Below, piece by piece: positions 47,543-56,527 of a stretch of DNA of 64,000 bases. Every line of letters begins with the position of its first letter. Position 1 is the first letter of the stretch. Location of the stretch: contig JBAZZW010000001.1 in NCBI GenBank assembly GCA_041658625.1, positions 646,217 through 710,216 of the forward strand, written 5' to 3'. The DNA comes from Actinomycetota bacterium (lineage in GTDB: Bacteria > Actinomycetota > JAHEXW01). The translations under genes and the position numbers were made by a program. The notes beneath the pieces were generated by a model, which saw only the letters and a list, made by a program, of their open reading frames with translations, made no database searches and had not been told where the DNA came from.

Positions 47543-48086
47543 TAATGTGCATTGCTTCGTGATAAATCAGCGTGCTCAATGAGTACGTGTGCGTGGGGCT
47601 GATGACTATGTAGCCGCTCTTGTAGTAGGAGATGGCTTCGTAGCCCTGAGCGTCGCCGAACGCGACACTGGCGCCTTGAAGAATGGGGTACTGGGCGATC
47701 AGGTCGCTAAGGATTGCCCAAGCCTCACCCTCGTTGTTAGAGGCCGCCGCGGCATAAGTCGCGCCGCCGCCCGAGGAACTGTTCCCGCCGCCGCCTACGG
47801 CCGCTTGACGGTTGGCCGCCTCGGCCGCTGCCTGAACCTCGGCCGCCTTAGCCGCTTCCTCAGCTTGTTTCTTGGCCATATAGTTGGCGACCGCCGTTTC
47901 CATCGGGTTGTACCCGTCGATTTTGACCGTTTTGTTTAAGGATGACACAGGGGCTGTCGGGCCGGCGGGGGCTTTTGTTTCGTAGTCAGCCGCCGCGGCT
48001 GCGAACGTTATCGTCGCCAAGCCGACGATTATCGCTGTGAACAGTGCTGCTATTCTCGGGAAGGTTGCTTTCTTCATTTTTCTCAC
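47508..48086 (-). CDS. Secreted small protein with C-terminal HExxH (HEAMH) zinc-metallopeptidase-like motif and Ala/Gly-rich linker
   Basis: Signal peptide; HEAMH near C-terminus; 3' ends overlap convergently with adhesin gene by 35 nt. Confidence 0.5.
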   Translation of the reverse strand: MRKMKKATFPRIAALFTAIIVGLATITFAAAAADYETKAPAGPTAPVSSLNKTVKIDGYNPMETAVANYMAKKQAEEAAKAAEVQAAAEAANRQAAVGGGGNSSSGGGATYAAAASNNEGEAWAILSDLIAQYPILQGASVAFGDAQGYEAISYYKSGYIVISPTHTYSLSTLIYHEAMHIINYRQSGQTSE

Positions 48087-48372
48087 TCCTTCAGGTCAAA
48101 ATAAAAGACCTGCTCTTTTAGGGTTCTCCCTTTAAAGAGCAGGTCCGAGAGTTTCTGGGTTTTTCTTTTCTGACCTGATTCTCACCTTCGGCGGTCCGGC
48201 TGCCCTCTCTGGGGAGAGGAGGGCCCGTGACTTTGCGCCGTCTGATTTCTCAGACTTTGCCTTTGTCGGGAGAGACAATAAGATTCTCAAGCTACCGTGT
48301 CTTACACTACCTATATCGGTCGCGTTGGCGGAGGGCTTTAGGAATATTTACACAGAGTTCTTACGTAGTTTC

Positions 48373-49053
48373 TTACAGAGCGGCAAGCTTTTTAAGCTCA
48401 TCAATCGAAAACGCATCGCCGTGGGCTGGAAATAGTCGTTGAGCTCCTGATTTGATGATCTTTAACCAGCTCAAGCGCACGTCGGCCGTGTTCAGGGCCA
48501 TGGAGCCGGAGGAGGGCTTTCGGCAGAAAAATGTCTTGCCTAAAACCAGGTCCCCGGTGATAGCCCGGCCGTCTTCTAGAAGAACGGATATATGGCCGGC
48601 GGTGTGGCCTGGCGTGTGGATGATTTGCGCCGGTAGGCCGAACTCGGAAAGAGACGCGCCGTCGGTCAAACTAAGGTTCGGCTGGACACCCCTGTTCCAA
48701 AAGAATGGCAAAGAGATATCGGAGAGAAACTCAAGGAACTTACCGGGTTTGGTCAAGCCGGGCGACACGGTTTTGCCGCCGCCGGCGACCCCCGGGGCGT
48801 CCAGAGGATGACAGCCCACCAGGCAGTTGGTCCGTTCGCGCAAGCCTTTCAAGCCGCCACAATGATCCAGATGCCCGTGCGTGAGGATTACGAGCTCGAG
48901 GTCGTCAGGTTTGCGACCGATGTGCCTGATGGTTTTCAGAATGTCCCGATGAAAGCCGAGGAAACCGGTGTCGACGAGGAAAAGCCGCTTGCTTTTTTCT
49001 ATTAGGTAACTGCTGGCAAATAGTCCAGTGATGCGATAAATAGTCATAATCAT
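48373..49053 (-). CDS. MBL-fold metallo-hydrolase
   Basis: HGHLDHCGG motif. Confidence 0.8.
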   Translation of the reverse strand: MIMTIYRITGLFASSYLIEKSKRLFLVDTGFLGFHRDILKTIRHIGRKPDDLELVILTHGHLDHCGGLKGLRERTNCLVGCHPLDAPGVAGGGKTVSPGLTKPGKFLEFLSDISLPFFWNRGVQPNLSLTDGASLSEFGLPAQIIHTPGHTAGHISVLLEDGRAITGDLVLGKTFFCRKPSSGSMALNTADVRLSWLKIIKSGAQRLFPAHGDAFSIDELKKLAAL

Positions 49054-49074
49054 GAAGCTTTAAGCTTGTGTTTA

Positions 49075-50268
49075 TTATAGCAGAATCTGGATCGCGCGCA
49101 TCGCGGCCGCGCTGACCAGGGGAATCACGAAGTTGTCATTTACGCCAAGGGGCAGCAATTCGGCCAGCGCGGCGGCCACGCCGCCGATGACGACAAGGTA
49201 GAACGGGACGGGAACGATTAGCGACCAGATATATCCAAACACCAGGGCGGTCGCCACATACGCCAATGTGCCGTCCAGGGTCTTTCCGAAGAGGTGCCAG
49301 CGCCCGTGCTCCAGCCCCGTAAACTTAGCTGACAGATCGCCGAAAACCAAAAAAACTATGGACAATGTGGCCAGCGCTTTGTCGAACAGGAGAATGACCA
49401 GGAAAGAAGAAGCCAGAAACAAGGTGGCGCTGGAGAAGGTCGCCCGCTCTTTTTCCCGGAAAAACTTATGAAGCCACCTGAAAACGAGCAAGTTCAAGCG
49501 GGACGAACTCAACCTGAGAATATCGACAAGAATAAACAAGCACGCCACAGAGCCGATCAGCAGGAGCAGGACTTGTCGGGGATAGACCAAGTAGAGCAGC
49601 GGGAACGAGATTGCGGCCGGCCGCAGCAAGACGCGAAGGTGTTTGAGCGACGCCGTTGTCTCCGGTTTCAATTTGACCGTCGGCTTGTCGCGGTAGTCAA
49701 GGTAAATGTTGACAACGGTAATGTGGACGACGAGGGCGGCGACGAACCAACTTAAAGGTGTCGAGGGGCAATTCAGGAAGACGAAGAAAGCCAGTAGCGG
49801 CAGAACGACCGGTCCGATGACGGAGCCGCGCCGAAAAACGATGGCGAGGGCAAGTGTCAGACCGGTCAAGAAAGCCAGATCGATCAGCGGCAGCCACCCG
49901 TTTCTCAGCAGCACGGTCAGGGCGGCCAGAAGCATCCCGACCGACGCCGCGGCGCCTTGCCCGCCCCTGAATCCCAGGTAAAATGGAAACAAGTGTCCGA
50001 CGACAGCGAATAAGCCGGCGAGGTAGATATAAGGGGTCGGCGCGTGGAGAGCGTAGGCGACGCCCATGGAAGCCAGGCCCTTAAGCGCGTCATAGGAAGC
50101 GGTCGCGACCGCGGCGGGCAAACCGAGCTGATGATAAGTGTTCATGGTACCAGGGTTTCCGGAGCCGATTTTCCGAATGTCAACGCCTTTGGCCCGCCCG
50201 ATAAAATACGCGGGCAAGAACGAACCCAATAAGTACCCGATTACTAACGAGGCTATCCCGGCTATCAC
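49075..50268 (-). CDS. plsY: Fusion protein: PlsY-like glycerol-3-phosphate acyltransferase N-terminal half + CTP_transf_1-like (CdsA/dolichol-phytol kinase family) C-terminal membrane domain
   Basis: N-half GSGNPGTMN and FRGGQGAA PlsY motifs; C-half GDLSAKFTG...GKTLDGTLAY resembles CTP-dependent kinase/cytidylyltransferase family. Confidence 0.6.
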   Translation of the reverse strand: MIAGIASLVIGYLLGSFLPAYFIGRAKGVDIRKIGSGNPGTMNTYHQLGLPAAVATASYDALKGLASMGVAYALHAPTPYIYLAGLFAVVGHLFPFYLGFRGGQGAAASVGMLLAALTVLLRNGWLPLIDLAFLTGLTLALAIVFRRGSVIGPVVLPLLAFFVFLNCPSTPLSWFVAALVVHITVVNIYLDYRDKPTVKLKPETTASLKHLRVLLRPAAISFPLLYLVYPRQVLLLLIGSVACLFILVDILRLSSSRLNLLVFRWLHKFFREKERATFSSATLFLASSFLVILLFDKALATLSIVFLVFGDLSAKFTGLEHGRWHLFGKTLDGTLAYVATALVFGYIWSLIVPVPFYLVVIGGVAAALAELLPLGVNDNFVIPLVSAAAMRAIQILL

Positions 50269-50286
50269 CGGACCTCCCTTAGACGG

Positions 50287-51147
50287 TTATATTCGTTCGT
50301 GTCTGGCGTGACGGAGGATTTCCAGCATTTCCATATGGACCAGGCCGTTACTGGCTAAAACCTCGGGTTCGTAGATATCGAAGACGCCACCGGTAAGGTT
50401 GGATAGGCGGCCTCCGGCCTCTTCGACGATCAAGGAACCGGCCGCGGTGTCCCAGGGCGCCAGGCCTTCTTCCCAAAAGCCGTCGGCGCGCCCGCAGGCG
50501 ACCTCGCACATATCCAGTGAGGCCGCGCCGGCCCGGCGGACACCCTGAGCGCGAACCGAGAAAGCCTTGAACTTGGCCATAATGCCCTCCGGTTTCTCGC
50601 GAATCCAGTATGGCACGCCGGTAGCTATTAACGCGTCGTTCACCTCGGCGGTTTTTGAGACGTGAATGGACAAGCCGTTCAATGTCGCGCCGTGTCCCTC
50701 TTCCGCGGCGAACAATTCCCCTGAATTCGGGTTGAAGACCACGCCAACCGTTATGCGGCCGTTCACGGCCAAAGCGATTGACACGCCGAATACCGGGTAC
50801 CCGTGTGAGTAGTTGGTCGTGCCGTCCAAAGGGTCGATGATCCACAGGTACTCGTTTGGCTTGGGGTCAGGCTTGGGGTCAGGCCCCTTACCGAAGTCCT
50901 GGTTTTGGGGCCTGACCCCATGTCCGGTTTGGGGCCTGACCCCAGCAACATCTTCCTCGGCGAGGACGCCGTGTTCGGGGAACGCGGCTTTCAACCTCGC
51001 TATAATCAACTCTTGCGAGGCGATATCGGCCGCCGTCACCAGGTTGACGGCGCCCTTCTTGCGAACGTCCTTTGTTTCCGCCGTATAGGTCATGAGAAGC
51101 CCTCCGGCTTCCCTGGCGACCGCCGCGGCGCAATCGACTGGATTCAT
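50287..51147 (-). CDS. suhB: Inositol monophosphatase family protein (SuhB-like) carrying an in-frame R1 repeat insertion
   Basis: WIIDPLDGTTNY and metal-binding motifs; extra about 22 aa (GVRPQTGHGVRPQ...GPDPKPDPKP) between EE and WIIDPLDGT encoded by the palindromic repeat. Confidence 0.8.
   Translation of the reverse strand: MNPVDCAAAVAREAGGLLMTYTAETKDVRKKGAVNLVTAADIASQELIIARLKAAFPEHGVLAEEDVAGVRPQTGHGVRPQNQDFGKGPDPKPDPKPNEYLWIIDPLDGTTNYSHGYPVFGVSIALAVNGRITVGVVFNPNSGELFAAEEGHGATLNGLSIHVSKTAEVNDALIATGVPYWIREKPEGIMAKFKAFSVRAQGVRRAGAASLDMCEVACGRADGFWEEGLAPWDTAAGSLIVEEAGGRLSNLTGGVFDIYEPEVLASNGLVHMEMLEILRHARHERI
50861..50950. repeat. R1 palindromic element (compound: 2 direct GGGGTCAGGC units + 2 GGGGCCTGACCCC units) inside suhB coding sequence, in frame
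   Basis: Arms identical to intergenic R1 copies; translated as GVRP / DPKP repeats. Confidence 0.75.
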
Positions 51148-51167
51148 TGGATTGATCTTAGGATGAC

Positions 51168-51413
51168 CTATTTAAGCTTCTTGAGATAATCTTCGATTAT
51201 CTCAAGGGCTTTCTCCTCGTCGGCCTCCAACACGTTGATTTCTCCCCAAGTGCCGGCCGCAAACGGCCCGCCGCTAAAGGGGAAGTTATCGTCCTGGTAA
51301 GGATGCATCAGGACCTTTATCCCGCTTTCCTCCAAGACGCCCTGAATCATTTGAGCCTCCACGATGTCTTTGGCGGTAAAAACGCTGACGGTATCTTCCG
51401 TATCTCTAGCCAA
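51168..51413 (-). CDS. DUF2007 (putative signal-transducing) small protein
   Basis: 81 aa, pattern similar to PF09413 members. Confidence 0.5.
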   Translation of the reverse strand: MARDTEDTVSVFTAKDIVEAQMIQGVLEESGIKVLMHPYQDDNFPFSGGPFAAGTWGEINVLEADEEKALEIIEDYLKKLK

Positions 51414-51414
51414 G

Positions 51415-51612
51415 CTAATCCTTCGTGTTGAGATCGGGACCCATTGTGCCGCCGATGCCCCAGTTGACTTTGGGCTGCTCGTCCAGTATCACCCAAACAT
51501 GCTTCTCAGAGATGCCGAGTTCCTCGGCGACGGCGGTGGTCACTCTTTTGACGATGGCTTCTTTGGTGGCCGGATCTCGGCCTTCCCACATATCGATTCT
51601 GATTAACGGCAT
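51415..51612 (-). CDS. 4-oxalocrotonate tautomerase family enzyme
   Basis: MPLIRIDMWEG N-terminal Pro-1 signature, 65 aa. Confidence 0.75.
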   Translation of the reverse strand: MPLIRIDMWEGRDPATKEAIVKRVTTAVAEELGISEKHVWVILDEQPKVNWGIGGTMGPDLNTKD

Positions 51613-51622
51613 ATCGGTTTCC

Positions 51623-51793
51623 TTAGCCTTTCTTCTTGTTCTGGCTCTGCACGACGAGCACGATGACTATGGCCACAACAACGACGGTCAGCACGCTGGG
51701 ACCACCGCAGCAGCATATGTTGCCGCGCGGGAGGAAAGCCGTCGGGAAATATGAACGGGCCAGCAAGGCCAGGGCGGGGGTTGCGGCAAACAC
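51623..51793 (-). CDS. Small (56 aa) membrane protein with CCCGG motif, first gene of tautomerase/IMPase/plsY operon
   Basis: GTG start 4 nt after AAAGGAGG; one TM helix; below 60-aa ORF-track threshold. Confidence 0.4.
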   Translation of the reverse strand: MFAATPALALLARSYFPTAFLPRGNICCCGGPSVLTVVVVAIVIVLVVQSQNKKKG

Positions 51794-51831
51794 GGGGCCT
51801 CCTTTTGCTAAAACGTAAACACGTAAAATAC

Positions 51832-51958
51832 GGGGTCAGGGCTCGTATCTTAACATTTTACAGCAATCTTGTCTACTAATTAATACTGACATTTCTTCTG
51901 CCTTTTCATATAAAAAGTTCAACAGAAGCCCCCATATTTGGAAATGAGCCCTGACCCC
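51832..51958. repeat. R1-type element with 13-nt terminal inverted repeats GGGGTCAGGGCTC/GAGCCCTGACCCC flanking a 100-nt AT-rich core
   Basis: Perfect TIRs; core contains promoter CTGACA-17-TATAAA. Confidence 0.65.
51886..51914 (+). promoter_or_regulatory. Promoter P1 (CTGACA-17-TATAAA) inside R1 element, oriented toward fhs
   Basis: Near-consensus hexamers with 17-nt spacer. Confidence 0.5.
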
Positions 51959-52025
51959 AAGAGCGGCCGCCAATGAGCGAGACGGTTTTTTGGTCTCTTA
52001 TTACGGCCCAGGCTTCAATGTTGTC

Positions 52026-52054
52026 TTGACACTCTCACCTGCTTTAAGTAAGAT
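52026..52054 (+). promoter_or_regulatory. Promoter P2 (TTGACA-17-TAAGAT) 60 nt upstream of fhs
   Basis: Consensus -35, 17-nt spacer. Confidence 0.5.
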
Positions 52055-52111
52055 GAACGGACAACTTTTTTGGCTTAGAATCGGACTCTCAAATGTTTGA
52101 AAGGGGAAGGA

Positions 52112-53815
52112 ATGGCTGATGTAAAGACAGACCTGGAAATCGCCCAAGCGGCGAAGATGCTGCCGATTACCGAGATCGCCTCGAAAATGGGCCTCGGGGA
52201 CGACGACATCGAGATGTACGGCAAGTACAAGGCGAAGATAGCTCTGGGAGTAATGGACCGGTTGAAAGACCGGCCCAACGGCAAATATATTGACGTTACG
52301 GCGATTACGCCGACGCCGCTGGGCGAAGGCAAAACGGTTACGACGGTCGGATTAGGCCAGGCTCTTAACCGCATCGGCAAAAAGTGTATTACCGCCATCA
52401 GGCAGCCTTCATTGGGACCGGTTTTCGGCATCAAGGGCGGCGCGGCCGGCGGGGGGTACGCTCAGTGTGTTCCGATGGAAGACTTCAACCTTCACTTCAC
52501 CGGTGACGTTCACGCCGTCGGGCTGGCGCATAATCTCTGCGCCGCGTTTATGGATAACAGCATCGTCAAGGGCAACAAACTCAATATCGATCCTCTGAGC
52601 ATCCTCTGGCCGCGCGTGGTCGATGTTTCGGACCGTTCGCTTCGCCACATCGTCATCGGTCTCGGCGGCAAAGAGAACGGCCTGCCCCGCGAAGCCGCGT
52701 TCGATATAACAGTAGCCTCAGAGGTTATGGCTATTTTGGCCCTGGCCAGTGACTTGAAAGACCTGCGTGCCCGTCTGGGCCGGATCGTCGTCGCCTTCAC
52801 TTACGACGGCCAGCCGGTGACCGCGGAGGACTTGCAAGTGGCCGGTTCCATGGCTGTTCTTTTACGCGACGCGATCAAACCGAACCTTATCCAGGATTTG
52901 GAAGGGAATCCGGTCATGGTCCACGCCGGGCCGTTCGCCAACATCGCCCAGGGCAACAACTCGATCATCGAGGACCGTATCGCCCTTAAGCTGGCCGACT
53001 ACGTCGTTACCGAAAGCGGTTTCGGAGCGGACATGGGCGCGGAGAAGTTCATGAACATCAAGTGCCGGTATTCCGGCTTGACGCCGGACGCGGTCGTCAT
53101 CGTGGCGACGGTCAGAGCGCTTAAAATGCACAGCGGCCGTTTCACCGTCGTCGCCGGCCGGCCGTTGGATCCGGAACTGGTCAAGGAAAACCTGGAGGCA
53201 TTGGCCGAGGGCGGCGCCAACCTGGTCAAACATATTGAAAACATGAAATCTTTCGGCGTTCCGGTCGTGGTCGCGGTCAACCGGTTTACCTATGACTCAG
53301 ACAAGGAGATCGCGCTGGTCCGCGACATGGCCTTAGCGGCCGGGGCGGACGACGCGGTGCCGAGCGAGGTCTGGGCCAACGGCGGCGCGGGCGGCGAGGA
53401 ACTCGCCAAGGCTGTTGCTGCCGCGGCCGAGAAACCGTCCGATTTTAAATTTACCTACGCGACGGACGCTCCCATCAAGGATAAAATCGAGGCGGTCGCC
53501 ATGAAGATCTACGGCGCCGACGGTGTCGATTATTCCCCGGTAGCTGAGAAGAAGATCAAGCTTTATACCGATCTCGGGTATACAAATGTGCCCGTATGTA
53601 TGGCTAAAACGCATTTGTCGATTTCGCACGACCAGACGGTCAAAGGGCGGCCCAGCAATTTCCGTCTGCCCATCAGGGACGTCCGGGCAGCGATGGGCGC
53701 CGGGTTCCTTTATCCGCTTTGCGGCGAGATGAGGACCATGCCCGGCCTTCCATCGGTACCGGCCGGAACAAAGATTGATCTCGACGACGACGGGAAAGTG
53801 ATCGGTCTCTTTTAA
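52112..53815 (+). CDS. fhs: Formate--tetrahydrofolate ligase
   Basis: Fhs signature PTPLGEGKTT; ATG 52112 after AGGGGAAGG (ORF track gives TTG 52097). Confidence 0.95.
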   Translation: MADVKTDLEIAQAAKMLPITEIASKMGLGDDDIEMYGKYKAKIALGVMDRLKDRPNGKYIDVTAITPTPLGEGKTVTTVGLGQALNRIGKKCITAIRQPSLGPVFGIKGGAAGGGYAQCVPMEDFNLHFTGDVHAVGLAHNLCAAFMDNSIVKGNKLNIDPLSILWPRVVDVSDRSLRHIVIGLGGKENGLPREAAFDITVASEVMAILALASDLKDLRARLGRIVVAFTYDGQPVTAEDLQVAGSMAVLLRDAIKPNLIQDLEGNPVMVHAGPFANIAQGNNSIIEDRIALKLADYVVTESGFGADMGAEKFMNIKCRYSGLTPDAVVIVATVRALKMHSGRFTVVAGRPLDPELVKENLEALAEGGANLVKHIENMKSFGVPVVVAVNRFTYDSDKEIALVRDMALAAGADDAVPSEVWANGGAGGEELAKAVAAAAEKPSDFKFTYATDAPIKDKIEAVAMKIYGADGVDYSPVAEKKIKLYTDLGYTNVPVCMAKTHLSISHDQTVKGRPSNFRLPIRDVRAAMGAGFLYPLCGEMRTMPGLPSVPAGTKIDLDDDGKVIGLF

Positions 53816-53834
53816 CGCCTAAGCGGAGTACCGC

Positions 53835-55757
53835 GTGAAAAAACATAGGGTAACGTTCTATCCGGATAACCGCATCGCCGAGGTTGCCGCCGGCGAAACC
53901 GTTCTTGACGCAGCCATGGCGGCTGACGTGCATATAACGGCGACCTGCGGCGGGGACGGGACGTGCGGGAAATGCCGGATAATCGTCGACGCCGGCGATA
54001 TAGTCACCAAGCAAACCCCGAAGATAAGCGAGGAAGACGCCGCCAAGGGTTATGTCCTCGCCTGTCTGACGAGCGTTGAATCCGATCTTAAAATCCTGGT
54101 GCCCCCGGAAACGCGGTTAGGCATTGTGCCTGAAGAAGCGGAAGAAGGGATTACCTACGGCCGCATGATGAGCGCCGAGGAAGAAGCCGAGAGTCTGGAC
54201 GACGTCCGGCTTGATCCGCCGGTGGCCAAGGTGTTCGTAGAGATGAATCCGCCGTCGCTGGACGACAACTCGAGCGATCTATCCCGTCTAAGCCGGGCGC
54301 TCAACCGCGCCGGAGTCGAGGGGCGCACGATCGCCGAACCGCCCGCCCTGGCTGAATTGGCCGAGGTTATCCGTGCCGGCAAATGGAAGACCACGGCGAC
54401 CGTCAGGCACGGTTTATGCGAAGCTTTGATTACCGCGGTCGAACCCGGCGATACAAGCGCTTCCAGTCTGGCGCTGGCGATCGATGTGGGTACGACAACG
54501 GTCGTGTCAAAACTACTCGATTTGAACACGAAAGAGGCGGTTGCGGAGAGTTCGGCTTACAACCGGCAGATTTCCGCCGGTGAGGACGTCATCTCCCGCA
54601 TTGTGTTTTCACAGAAGAAGGGCGGCCTGGCCAGATTACAGGAGCTCGTTGCGGATACCATCAACGAAACGATAAAACGCCTTTTGGCCGCGACGGGGCG
54701 CAAAGCGTCGGACATAGCCGCCGTTTATACCGCTGGTAACACGATCATGGAACATCTTCTGCTTGGCTTGAATCCAAAATATCTCCGGGAAGAACCGTAC
54801 ATCCCGACGGCGACCGAGTTTTCATGGCTGCCGGCAAGTTCGCTCGGTATCGACCTGGGTCCTCACGCATATCTGCATCCGTTACCCTGCGTCGCCTCCT
54901 ACCTGGGGGCGGACGTCGTAGCCGGCGTCGTCGCGGCGGGAATCCCGACATCCGACAAGCTATCCTTGTACATCGATGTCGGCACGAACGGAGAGATGGT
55001 CCTGGGCAACAGGGAGTTTCTGGCCTCATGCTCATGCTCGGCCGGCCCGGCTTTCGAAGGCGGCGGCGTCAGATTCGGGATGCGGGCGACAACCGGCGCC
55101 ATCGAGGAGGTGCGCATCGATTCCTCCACCTACGAACCGATGATTAAAACCATTGGCGAGGGGCGTCCGCTTGGCATCTGCGGAAGCGGTTTGATAGACA
55201 CTATGGCCGAGCTGTTCCTGGCGGGCGTGGTGGACGCCAAGGGAAAAATAAACGTCGACCTGAAGACCGACCGGACGCGCGTCGGGAAGCAAGGGCCGGA
55301 ATATGTTTTGGCCAAAGCGGCCGGTGACGGCGCCGAACAAGATATCGTCATCACGGAAGGCGATCTGGACAACCTGATGAGGGCCAAAGCGGCCGTCTTC
55401 GCCGCCATCGAGATTCTGTTGGACAGCGTGTCCGTCTCGCTAAACGATATCGACGCATTTTTTATCGCCGGCTCGTTCGGCAAACACCTGGACGCCGCCA
55501 AAGCCGTCACCATCGGCCTCCTGCCGGACTTGCCCGAAGAGAAGTTTGTCTTTATCGGCAACGGCAGCCTCTGGGGCGCGCACATGTCGGCGGTTTCCCG
55601 GGCTAAGCAACAGGAGATCATGGAGACAGCAGCCAGGATGACTTATATCGACCTTTCAACCAACAATAAATTTATGGACGGATATGTCGCCGCCCTGTTT
55701 CTGCCGCATACCAACAAGGGGCTCTTCCCGTCGGTCGCGTCTAAGATGGGCGGGTAA
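53835..55757 (+). CDS. Corrinoid activation/regeneration protein (RACo-like): 2Fe-2S ferredoxin domain + ASKHA ATPase
   Basis: N-terminal CGGDGTCGKCRI plant-type ferredoxin cluster; DUF4445-like ATPase body; GTG start. Confidence 0.8.
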   Translation: MKKHRVTFYPDNRIAEVAAGETVLDAAMAADVHITATCGGDGTCGKCRIIVDAGDIVTKQTPKISEEDAAKGYVLACLTSVESDLKILVPPETRLGIVPEEAEEGITYGRMMSAEEEAESLDDVRLDPPVAKVFVEMNPPSLDDNSSDLSRLSRALNRAGVEGRTIAEPPALAELAEVIRAGKWKTTATVRHGLCEALITAVEPGDTSASSLALAIDVGTTTVVSKLLDLNTKEAVAESSAYNRQISAGEDVISRIVFSQKKGGLARLQELVADTINETIKRLLAATGRKASDIAAVYTAGNTIMEHLLLGLNPKYLREEPYIPTATEFSWLPASSLGIDLGPHAYLHPLPCVASYLGADVVAGVVAAGIPTSDKLSLYIDVGTNGEMVLGNREFLASCSCSAGPAFEGGGVRFGMRATTGAIEEVRIDSSTYEPMIKTIGEGRPLGICGSGLIDTMAELFLAGVVDAKGKINVDLKTDRTRVGKQGPEYVLAKAAGDGAEQDIVITEGDLDNLMRAKAAVFAAIEILLDSVSVSLNDIDAFFIAGSFGKHLDAAKAVTIGLLPDLPEEKFVFIGNGSLWGAHMSAVSRAKQQEIMETAARMTYIDLSTNNKFMDGYVAALFLPHTNKGLFPSVASKMGG

Positions 55758-55759
55758 AA

Positions 55760-56527
55760 ATGGGAGTTCGCATCGCGGTTAGCGGTAAGGGCGGCACCGG
55801 CAAGACGACTCTGGCGGGGCTGATGATTGTCTCGCTGATAAGACAGGGCAAGAAGCCTGTGCTGGCAATCGACGCCGACGCCAACGCGACTTTGCACGAG
55901 GCTTTGGGTGTTACGCCGGCCGGCTCGATCGGCGAGCTTCGCGAAGATACGCGGCGAAACATAGCGGCCATCCCGACCGGCATTCCGAAAGAGACGTTTA
56001 TCGAATATCGCGTACAAGAGGCGGTTACAGAAGGCGAAGGATTTGATTTGCTGGTCATGGGTCGTCCCGAGGGCAGCGGGTGTTACTGCTATGTCAATTC
56101 GGTCTTGAGAAAATACGTGGACGTACTCGCCGACAACTATCCATATGTCATAATGGATAATGAAGCTGGTTTAGAGCATTTGTCCCGTCGCACAAGCAAG
56201 GGCGCGGACACGCTTTTGGTTTGCTCCGACCCGACCATAAGAGGCATCTTAACCGCTTCCCGCGTGCGCGATCTGGCGCGTGAAGAGGACATGAACGTCG
56301 GCAAGATATACCTGGTCATCGGCCGTTTGCCGGCCGGCACCAAACCCGACAGTCTGAACCCTGTCCTTATTGAGGCTATGAAAGAACAGGATTTGGCGCT
56401 GATCGGTGTAGTACCGTACGACGAGCAAATCGCGGAACTGGACATCACCGGCGGTTCGTTCTTCGACCTGCCGGCGGATTCGCTCGCTTTAGAAGCGGCT
56501 GCAAACATTATCAAGGAGGTTTCATGA
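55760..56527 (+). CDS. cooC: CO dehydrogenase/ACS nickel-insertion accessory ATPase (CooC/AcsF)
   Basis: MinD-like Walker A GKGGTGKTT; WL-cluster context. Confidence 0.85.
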   Translation: MGVRIAVSGKGGTGKTTLAGLMIVSLIRQGKKPVLAIDADANATLHEALGVTPAGSIGELREDTRRNIAAIPTGIPKETFIEYRVQEAVTEGEGFDLLVMGRPEGSGCYCYVNSVLRKYVDVLADNYPYVIMDNEAGLEHLSRRTSKGADTLLVCSDPTIRGILTASRVRDLAREEDMNVGKIYLVIGRLPAGTKPDSLNPVLIEAMKEQDLALIGVVPYDEQIAELDITGGSFFDLPADSLALEAAANIIKEVS

